Shown here in pieces: positions 19,786 through 27,327 of a stretch of DNA of 64,000 bases. The first letter of the stretch is position 1. The number at the start of each line of letters is the position of its first letter. The position numbers and the translations under genes are program-made. Under the pieces are notes generated by a model that saw only the letters and a list, made by a program, of their open reading frames with translations, made no database searches and was not told where the DNA came from. Origin of the DNA: a virus; IMG/VR virus record IMGVR_UViG_3300010885_080919, positions 1-64,000 of that record; one strand, given 5' to 3'.

Positions 19786-20112
19786 ATGCAAAATTTTAAA
19801 GAATGGCTAAGCAATCGTGATCCTGAGATGTTGAATGAGATTAAAAAACCATTCAAAAATTTCAACAAAGAAAAAAACCATCCAGAAGGTGGACTCAAAC
19901 CATCCTACGCCAAAAAACTAGGCATTCACGCAGGTATTGAAACTAAGCGCGAAGCCGAAAAAAAAGGCGGCGTTAGTAAAATGTCCGATAAAACAAAGGC
20001 AAGAAGGAAATCATTCTGTGCTAGAATGTGCAAAGCAGGAACAGCCAAAAGCAGAAATGATCCCGAAAGCAAACAAAGAGCAGCTTTAAGAGTGTGGAAG
20101 TGTAGATGCTAA
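19786..20112 (+). CDS. Small basic phage protein (RRKSFCAR...LRxWxC type, DUF6321-like)
   Basis: ARRKSFCARM...ALRVWKC; MQNFKEWL N-terminus. Confidence 0.75.
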   Translation: MQNFKEWLSNRDPEMLNEIKKPFKNFNKEKNHPEGGLKPSYAKKLGIHAGIETKREAEKKGGVSKMSDKTKARRKSFCARMCKAGTAKSRNDPESKQRAALRVWKCRC

Positions 20113-20160
20113 AAATTTTAAAACAAGCGACCCGCTTTTAGTGCGTAAGCCCAATCCCTT

Positions 20161-20319
20161 TTAAGGGGAAACGCCATCAAAAAGCTTGTTTACATAAAAC
20201 ATATAGTCTTTCTGACCCGATGAATATCCTTGGTAAAATCCTAGTAAATATCCTGCTCCAAAGTATATTAAGGACAGCGTAATCAAAAGAACGTAAGATG
20301 GCGTTTTAAAAAAATTCAT
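20161..20319 (-). CDS. 52-aa single-pass membrane protein (not in ORF track)
   Basis: MNFFKTPSYVLLITLSLIYFGAGYLLGFYQGYSSG...; overlaps the end of the upstream gene. Confidence 0.6.
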   Translation of the reverse strand: MNFFKTPSYVLLITLSLIYFGAGYLLGFYQGYSSGQKDYMFYVNKLFDGVSP

Positions 20320-20665
20320 TATTTATCTCCGTAGCAGCAGGTAAATTTTCTATATATTGTTTGATTTTATTGGTGTCTCCAACAATTCTAAGTATTCTTT
20401 CTTCTGCGTCTTTATATATTTTTTTCTTCAACAGCTCTTTGTTTTTTACTTTTAGATTATTTTCTTTAAGAAATTTTTCAAAACCACAAAGAAATATCCA
20501 TATCCAGTAAGCGTTTTTATTTAACCTGTTAGAAGCAAGTGAATAATATTCCTTCCATGATATCTTGCTTTTTCTAAAAAGAATAGAATATCTCTCTTCC
20601 ATCAAAGATATTTGATGAATGTAGAATTCAGGCTCGTATTCTGGAGATTGTATCATAGTTCGCAC
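20306..20665 (-). CDS. Hypothetical protein
   Basis: ORF only. Confidence 0.6.
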   Translation of the reverse strand: MRTMIQSPEYEPEFYIHQISLMEERYSILFRKSKISWKEYYSLASNRLNKNAYWIWIFLCGFEKFLKENNLKVKNKELLKKKIYKDAEERILRIVGDTNKIKQYIENLPAATEINNEFF

Positions 20666-20751
20666 ATCTTAGCAAAAAAGCTTCTGATGTCCAAAAAAAT
20701 TATAGAAAAATAATAGATACTTTAAATTATCTTAAGAGAATTGATATTATT

Positions 20752-22437
20752 GTGTTTAGTTTCAAAATATGGCTAGAAAATCATGTGCGGGATAATCCAG
20801 ATCCTTTTGTTGTTTTGGATTTGCCTAAATCGGCTTCCCAAAAAGAAGTCGAACAACAATACAAAAAATTAAGTATGCTTTACCAAAGACGTATTCCAAC
20901 TATGTCTGCGATTAATAAAGCTTATGAAAAAATAAATCAAGGATTAACTCACAAAACATCTCCAGAAACTCCAGAAACTATCCCAGTTGCTAATAGATTT
21001 AACAACAACAATAATTATTCTATTCTTGATGCTCGTTCTAAAATGATTGATTATACACCTGGTCAAAAAAAAGCATTACTAGAAATTCAAAAAATTATTG
21101 ATGGCAGTGAATCTGCGGTATCTTCTATTGCAAAACATTACCTACTAGCCGGATATGCAGGTACCGGCAAAACAACCCTTGCTGAAAATATAGTCAGATA
21201 TAGTATGTCTAAAGGAATGAAAGTTCGTGTCATAGCACCCACAAACAAAGCAGCAATGATTCTTAGCGAAAAACTAAGAGAATCAGGTGTAAATCTTAAT
21301 CCTGACTCGATCAGTACTATCCACAAAACAATATACGGAACCCCAGCATCATATTACAAAGACCGTCTTAACTGGGAGTTATCCTCTGGTCATGTTATTA
21401 ATGATACTGTATTTATCATAGATGAGTCATCTATGATAAACAAAACTACTATGAACGATTTATTAGAACTAACTAAATTTCATCATAATGTTTTGATTTT
21501 TATGGGGGATAGCTATCAACTACAACCAGTAGGACAAGATGCCGGATTGTTTCACGGAAATGTTTCTCAAATAGGGAGCAACAAAAGCGAACTGAAAGAA
21601 GTCAAACGACAAGCATTAGATAGCAATGTTTTAAAAATAGCGACTCTGGTTAGAGGTGACGCCAAACCCTACATACCATCAGAATCTATAGAAAATTTTA
21701 AGGTTTGCGAAACAAAAAAAGAATTTTTAGACAATTACAAAGAATCATTAAAAAACAATGAAGATGTAATTATGATTGTCGCTACTAATAAAGAAAGAAT
21801 GTTGATGAATTCGTTTGCCAGAGAAGTAAGGTTTGGCGACAATAAAACAATCTTAAACTCCAAAGAATCATTAATATCCTTGGCTAATTCTGAACATTTA
21901 AAAAACGGCGAAGTATTTACAATAGAAAATTTTAATATTCAAGAAGATATAAATATCGAAGAAATATCATCTAAAATTTATCTAGGTTCAGCAAAAATTC
22001 CTAAAAGTGGTTCGTGCTCAGGAGGTTCTTGTCCACTAGTTTTTATTCCCGACTTTGAAAAACCTGCATTTCCTCACCAATTTTTAATCGATGAATTAAA
22101 AAAAGAAATGTGGAAAGGAAACGGAAAATCTATTTTGTTAGAAAAATTAAAATCTAACAATATGATAGAAAATTCCGATGCTGGAAAAATAAAAATCAAT
22201 AAGGATACCGTGATCGCAACCTACGGCTATGCAGTCACAGCACATAAATCACAAGGATCACAATGGAAAAAAGTTTTCATTTACCAAAACTTCATGTCAG
22301 ATACATGGGATAATACAAGATGGTATTACACAGCTATTACTAGAAGCACAAAAGATGTTATCGTACTTAACTCAGGAAACAATATTCTTATTAGTCAAGA
22401 AGAAATAAATCAAAAAATACAAAATATTACCATTTGA
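20752..22437 (+). CDS. SF1B Dda/RecD-like helicase with N-terminal J-domain-like region
   Basis: GYAGTGKT, IAPTNKAA, IIDESSM, GDSYQLQPV, YGYAVTAHKSQGS, YTAITR. Confidence 0.9.
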   Translation: MFSFKIWLENHVRDNPDPFVVLDLPKSASQKEVEQQYKKLSMLYQRRIPTMSAINKAYEKINQGLTHKTSPETPETIPVANRFNNNNNYSILDARSKMIDYTPGQKKALLEIQKIIDGSESAVSSIAKHYLLAGYAGTGKTTLAENIVRYSMSKGMKVRVIAPTNKAAMILSEKLRESGVNLNPDSISTIHKTIYGTPASYYKDRLNWELSSGHVINDTVFIIDESSMINKTTMNDLLELTKFHHNVLIFMGDSYQLQPVGQDAGLFHGNVSQIGSNKSELKEVKRQALDSNVLKIATLVRGDAKPYIPSESIENFKVCETKKEFLDNYKESLKNNEDVIMIVATNKERMLMNSFAREVRFGDNKTILNSKESLISLANSEHLKNGEVFTIENFNIQEDINIEEISSKIYLGSAKIPKSGSCSGGSCPLVFIPDFEKPAFPHQFLIDELKKEMWKGNGKSILLEKLKSNNMIENSDAGKIKINKDTVIATYGYAVTAHKSQGSQWKKVFIYQNFMSDTWDNTRWYYTAITRSTKDVIVLNSGNNILISQEEINQKIQNITI

Positions 22438-22456
22438 TCAAAGAAAGAGAAATGAA

Positions 22457-22567
22457 ATGAGGTCTTTTAGCGAATTTCTGAAGCAGAAAAATGAGTTATT
22501 TGACTTGGCCAGCCTTCGGGATGCCGCTAAGAAAGCAACTCCAGTACAAGATGATAGTAGACCTTAA
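22457..22567 (+). CDS. 36-aa peptide with head-targeting-like N-terminus, possibly frameshifted
   Basis: MRSFSEFLKQKNE...; alternative frame continues VDLNALRGKFAH*. Confidence 0.45.
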   Translation: MRSFSEFLKQKNELFDLASLRDAAKKATPVQDDSRP

Positions 22568-22681
22568 TGCTCTTCGTGGAAAATTTGCTCACTAGGTATT
22601 TTTCAAGGACTAAACAATGCCTTACTGTTTCATATTTTATAGAATCATTAGATTTGAACTTTTCTAAATCATTAACTAATA

Positions 22682-24082
22682 TCATTCAAACTCCTTCAAT
22701 TCGACTTCATGACCCTGTTCTTTTAATATCTTCATTCTCTTTTTAGAATGTTTTTGCAAATAGTCGTTTATTTCAAACATAAAGTCGTAATAATTTAAAA
22801 TTTCTTTGTCATCTGCTGTTCTCAGCCCTCTTCCCATCCTCTGTACGATTTGATGGTCTGCTTGACCTCCTGCTGCGTTTATAAGATTGTGAATAAAAAC
22901 ATTTATGCCCGTGTTGAAGATCTGTTGAGTAGCTATGGCAACGCACTTTTCTGATTTCTGCAATTCATTTATAACACTTTTTCTTGTTTTAGAATCATCT
23001 TTTCCCTGAACCCAAAGGCTATCTGGAAGAAGACCATGCAAAGAATCCCCATGAGCTATTCTGTCAACCAGAATCAATGTTCTTCCAGTTTGCTGTTTAG
23101 CTAATTTAACAACCATTTTGTGGAAGTACAAAGACTCAGCTATTCCTCTTGTGACTGCATCTAAATAGATATCATGTGGAATCTGAGGCTCTCTTACAGG
23201 ATAAAATATACATTTAGATTTCGAAAGAATGCCACGGTTTTGTAGTTCTGCCGTAGTCAATATGCCAGTTTCTGCTGATTTGACTTTCAAAATTGGACCA
23301 AAATAACCTCTTACACTAAACTTCTGCACATTATCTTTCCCGCCAAATTTAAAAGGGGTCGCACTAACAGCAACCCGAACATCAGCTTCTTTCAACTTCC
23401 TGTACACTGCTTTTGGCAAAGCACTCATCATATCGTGGATTTCGTCCACAATAAGAACTTTTATTTTAGGTAGTAGTTTTTCAACTTTAGCAATCGATTG
23501 TACGCTGGCCACAGTGATCACATTAGGCTTTACCGACCCTCCCCAGACATTTCCAACATTTGGAAATCCCATTTTAATCAATTCGTCGTAATTTTGTTGG
23601 GCAAGACTTAGCCTATTTTGTAGCAGCAATATAGGCGTATTAGGAGCAAGGGTCTTTATAATTCCCAACATTATCAATGATTTGCCAGCAGATGTAGGAG
23701 CAAATATAATTCCTCTTCTGTGCTTGATCACCTGATTGATCAACTCTACCTGATAGTCTCTTAAAATCAGTGATTCATCATTTAAAAAATTCTCACCTAT
23801 GGAGCTAACATCAAATTTTGTCGGAATTCGAGAGTCTTCTACTGTGTATTGTGCGTTATTGTGTTTTAAGACGGCACTTACTTCTGGAAGTAGGCCTGTT
23901 AAGAATTTTCCTTTTTCTATATCAAAAAAATTTATAAATCCGTCCCATTTTTTCATCTTATAGGCACGGTTATGGAAATAATTCTTATCTCTGAATCTGA
24001 GTCTATCCCATAGATCTTTTTTTACAGCGTTGTTATTTGACAAAAAATACGAATAATCGTTAGTTATCTTTAGTATGTTCAT
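22682..24082 (-). CDS. uvsW: UvsW-like SF2 DNA/RNA-DNA helicase
   Basis: KWDGFINFF, LRDYQ, APTSAGKS, DEIH, SATP, QRMGRGLR. Confidence 0.88.
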   Translation of the reverse strand: MNILKITNDYSYFLSNNNAVKKDLWDRLRFRDKNYFHNRAYKMKKWDGFINFFDIEKGKFLTGLLPEVSAVLKHNNAQYTVEDSRIPTKFDVSSIGENFLNDESLILRDYQVELINQVIKHRRGIIFAPTSAGKSLIMLGIIKTLAPNTPILLLQNRLSLAQQNYDELIKMGFPNVGNVWGGSVKPNVITVASVQSIAKVEKLLPKIKVLIVDEIHDMMSALPKAVYRKLKEADVRVAVSATPFKFGGKDNVQKFSVRGYFGPILKVKSAETGILTTAELQNRGILSKSKCIFYPVREPQIPHDIYLDAVTRGIAESLYFHKMVVKLAKQQTGRTLILVDRIAHGDSLHGLLPDSLWVQGKDDSKTRKSVINELQKSEKCVAIATQQIFNTGINVFIHNLINAAGGQADHQIVQRMGRGLRTADDKEILNYYDFMFEINDYLQKHSKKRMKILKEQGHEVELKEFE

Positions 24083-24782
24083 TTTTTAGCTCATATGGAA
24101 ATAGTTTTTTAAATAGGTCTATAACCTCTTCATTTATACATTCTTTATAAAGAATAGGATCAAAATTCATTTTAGAATAATCTTCTTTTGACAATATAGA
24201 CTTCATATACGGGGATATTACTAGATAATACAGGCTTATATTACCAAAATTTATCCAATTGAGCAAGCTAGATTTAAGCTTTTTATAATCCTCTATAGTC
24301 GGATTTGAGCCAATATTTTTTTCAATAAATGTTTTTGTTTTCGAAATCTCATTTATTGCCTTTACAGCTCCTAATCTATTGTATTTCATAGGATTAGCGG
24401 CTGGTGCTTTGATTTTTGAATCAAATCTTTTTTTCCATAATTTCCATCTTTTCCAAGCTTTGTCTCCAACCAAGCACATTGGATCAATTAAAATCAAAGG
24501 GTTGTTTTTCAATTGATATCTTAAAATTTCTAATTGTGCTTGAATATAAATCTTATATTCGCTTTCGGGGATCAGGCCTTTTGTTTCTCTTTGAAGTTTA
24601 TAGCATATTTTGAATATTAGAGATTTTCTAGGATCTCCAGCCTTTAATTTCGTATGTTTGTAGTTTGGAAAGTATTTTTCACATAAAGCTACCCAAATCT
24701 CAGATAGCTGAAAAGCGGATGCTTCTGATTCGTCTAGTTTGTATTTTTCTATAGTAGTCATAGGTTTTCTTCGTTTTGCCAA
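24060..24782 (-). CDS. Hypothetical protein upstream of uvsW
   Basis: Probable TTG start after AAGGAG; overlaps uvsW start. Confidence 0.75.
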   Translation of the reverse strand: MAKRRKPMTTIEKYKLDESEASAFQLSEIWVALCEKYFPNYKHTKLKAGDPRKSLIFKICYKLQRETKGLIPESEYKIYIQAQLEILRYQLKNNPLILIDPMCLVGDKAWKRWKLWKKRFDSKIKAPAANPMKYNRLGAVKAINEISKTKTFIEKNIGSNPTIEDYKKLKSSLLNWINFGNISLYYLVISPYMKSILSKEDYSKMNFDPILYKECINEEVIDLFKKLFPYELKNEHTKDN

Positions 24783-24835
24783 TTGTACGCTCCTTGTCTT
24801 GAATATCAAAATATCTATTTAAAGAAAGAAAAAAT

Positions 24836-24863
24836 TTGACTTTTGATCAGGATTTAGTATATT
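24836..24863 (+). promoter_or_regulatory. Sigma70-type promoter for the putative ncRNA
   Basis: TTGACT-16 nt-TATATT. Confidence 0.6.
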
Positions 24864-24869
24864 GATATT

Positions 24870-25247
24870 GGACACCGAAAGGTGCTTATCTCGTTAAACT
24901 ATATTAAACACTGAGTTGGACGCTCTCTCGTCCTTTGAATTGATGAAGGGCTGTACTCCCTGGATTGAATTCAAATGAAAAAAACTTTGGAGAGCCTGGA
25001 CACGGGTTGAACCTTCGTATCATTACGATCAATGCTTTACAAGCGGCATTCGATCTCCAAATCAATGAAAGTTATATTCAGAACACTAGATTACGGTTTT
25101 CACTTGTCACGAGGAAGTGAAGTGTCTGGGTTTAAGACATTGAATAAGTACACTGATTCTACAGTTAAGATTCTAGACATGGTTCAGGTTATTAGAATAA
25201 CATCTAATAATTGAAATAAACAATTGAATTATTTTCAATTGTTTTTT
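24870..25247 (+). ncRNA. Putative structured non-coding RNA of unknown family
   Basis: About ten helices found by eye (listed in findings), upstream promoter, downstream hairpin plus T-run, no credible ORF. Confidence 0.65.
25218..25247 (+). terminator. Putative intrinsic terminator (AT-rich stem)
   Basis: AAACAATTGAA-TTATT-TTCAATTGTTT followed by TTT. Confidence 0.5.
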
Positions 25248-25329
25248 CTATGAAACATATACAGAACCATTCTGCTTGGTGGAATATGTTATAATTTATG
25301 ATTGTACAATCATACTTTTTTTCAAGAAC

Positions 25330-25357
25330 TTGCAAAAAACTGATTATTTTGTATACT
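25330..25357 (+). promoter_or_regulatory. Sigma70-type promoter upstream of the PolA-like gene
   Basis: TTGCAA-16 nt-TATACT. Confidence 0.55.
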
Positions 25358-25395
25358 GATGTCAGGTAGAAAATAAAAAAAAGAATTAGTTTTTT

Positions 25396-26706
25396 ATGAA
25401 TCAAGAAGCAATTGATCTTTTTTCAAGCATAAGCAATCAAAGCGTCTTTGTGCTTTTTAATCCTGCCGTTTTTGATTTTACAGATAAAAATTCTCAAAAA
25501 GAGATTCAAATTTATCTTCAAGACGGAAGAAACGTAAACATTGCGTTAACTGAGCAAAACACTCCGTTTATAGCATCGATTTTGAAACTATCGATATTTT
25601 CTAAAGGAATGAAGATCCTTGTTTGGGATTGGAAAAATATAGCCACCTACATTCTGGCCAAAACCAATAAAAATTACATTGTTGATGGGGTTATTATTGA
25701 TTTAAAGATCTTAGAATCATATGTTGGTCGTAAACTAAAACCTCCAAAAAGCTTAAATGAAGCCCTAATTCGACTAAAAGATCTGGTTTCTAGCGGATTA
25801 TGGAAAGAAATAGAACCTATTTATAAGAATCTACATCTTCCACTTAGCACTTTTACAATACCTAGATTAGAAACAACGGCCCTAATAGACGTTTTAACGG
25901 GCAAGAAGGTTTATGCTCACTATGAGATAGATGGACAGGAGAACGGCCGTCTACGGTGCTCACAGGAGTTTAATGAGGGTTTTGTACCTCACGCCATGCG
26001 TCCTCTGGTTAAAGAAAATTTAAAACCAAGGAGTTTTGAAGAATTATTCTTGGTTTTTGATTTTAGAGCCATGGAGGTTTTTATGCTTTCTTGGCTAAGT
26101 CAAGATCCGCTTTTAAAAGAGCTAACAGAGCAGCCAGACATCTACTTCTCGCTATACAGCAAACTCATTGGATCTGAGCCGCAAAAAAAAGATGATAGAG
26201 AATTAATTAAAAAAATGTTCTTGCCGGTTATATATGGTCAGTCGTCCTACATGCTAGGACAACGCTGCAACATCCCGAAAGAAGCTGCAGATTCAATTGT
26301 AGATCGTATAAATTCCTTATTTCCAACTGCTTTGGCTTGGATCAAAAACCAACAAAAGCAGCTACAGGAATTGGGATATTCCAAAGACATATTTGGAAAA
26401 CGCCGAACATTCGATGAAGGTAAAGAATATTTAGTTAGAAATTTCTGTATACAATCACCAGCGGCGGTTGTATGTTTAGAAAAATTAAATCAATTATATT
26501 TTGCCTTTAAAAATAAAACTGATATCGCTTTTACTGTACATGACGGATATGCTGTTTATGCCAATAAAGAAAATTGGAAAGACATATTCAAGATTGGACA
26601 AGAAGTTTTATCCAGTGAAAGTGAACTTTGTCCTAAGTTGCGACTAAAAGTTACATGTCGTGGTGGAAGAAATTTAAATGATCTAAAAACTTTAAACAAA
26701 AGATAA
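25396..26706 (+). CDS. Family A DNA polymerase-like protein, thumb deleted, exonuclease domain degenerate
   Basis: NGRL, motif A DFRAME, motif B RELIKKMFLPVIYG, NFCIQSPAA, motif C VHDG. Confidence 0.88.
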   Translation: MNQEAIDLFSSISNQSVFVLFNPAVFDFTDKNSQKEIQIYLQDGRNVNIALTEQNTPFIASILKLSIFSKGMKILVWDWKNIATYILAKTNKNYIVDGVIIDLKILESYVGRKLKPPKSLNEALIRLKDLVSSGLWKEIEPIYKNLHLPLSTFTIPRLETTALIDVLTGKKVYAHYEIDGQENGRLRCSQEFNEGFVPHAMRPLVKENLKPRSFEELFLVFDFRAMEVFMLSWLSQDPLLKELTEQPDIYFSLYSKLIGSEPQKKDDRELIKKMFLPVIYGQSSYMLGQRCNIPKEAADSIVDRINSLFPTALAWIKNQQKQLQELGYSKDIFGKRRTFDEGKEYLVRNFCIQSPAAVVCLEKLNQLYFAFKNKTDIAFTVHDGYAVYANKENWKDIFKIGQEVLSSESELCPKLRLKVTCRGGRNLNDLKTLNKR

Positions 26707-26717
26707 AGGAATTTTAT

Positions 26718-27278
26718 ATGTTAGATATTTGCAATAATTTTAGAATAAATGAAGAAGAGTTTTCTGAACTAGATAAAAAATTCGGCAAACTTTGTTGGCA
26801 CGCTTCCCACGAACTAAAAAAGAAAAATTCAAATAACAACTTCACCGATGATGCAGAAGACATAAAGCAAGAACTGCTTATGAGCATGCTAAGAGCAGGA
26901 AGCTATTACAAAAGACAAATTTATATTGAAAAGTCTTTAGAAGTAGCAAAAAAATATATCGAAGACGAATTGGTCAAAAACATCGTATACGAATTAGATA
27001 ATTTGTGGAATAACCGAACAAGACACGGAGCGAATAGACAAAAATTCGGCAAACATCAAGAAAACATGCTGGAACTTATAATCAAAAAGAATGTGCCAAC
27101 GGACGAACAACCCGACAAACAACAGAACTTGAAAATAGATACTAAATTTGCAACATACTGCAAAGCCATTGTTTGGAATGGACAAAAAAGCATGGGCAAA
27201 AAGATAACAAGAGAAAAAAGCATCAGATCAGGTCAGGTAAGCCTTTCAGAATACGATTATCTTCAACGTACTTTGTAG
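26718..27278 (+). CDS. Sigma-70 region-2-like protein without region 4 (candidate late sigma factor)
   Basis: DAEDIKQELLMSMLRA ... KFATYCKAIVWN ... VSLSE. Confidence 0.55.
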   Translation: MLDICNNFRINEEEFSELDKKFGKLCWHASHELKKKNSNNNFTDDAEDIKQELLMSMLRAGSYYKRQIYIEKSLEVAKKYIEDELVKNIVYELDNLWNNRTRHGANRQKFGKHQENMLELIIKKNVPTDEQPDKQQNLKIDTKFATYCKAIVWNGQKSMGKKITREKSIRSGQVSLSEYDYLQRTL

Positions 27279-27327
27279 TTGATTCTTTCTGGCGTTTTGT
27301 TTATACAAGTAAAAAAAGGAGACGTAT

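Noticed and set aside
20120-20306. Inverted repeats AAACGCCATC/GATGGCGTTT and AACAAGC/GCTTGTT as an ncRNA
   Set aside because: Most of the interval is explained by a 52-aa membrane-protein ORF; pairing is too sparse
24870-25247. tmRNA, RNase P RNA or group I/II intron identity for the structured region
   Set aside because: No tRNA-like ends or T-loop, no GAGGAAAGUCC, no P7 R/S pair or domain V, and no interrupted gene
25032-25404. Small ORFs 25032-25214 (+) and 25204-25404 (-)
   Set aside because: No RBS or recognisable motifs; they overlap helices, palindromes and a promoter
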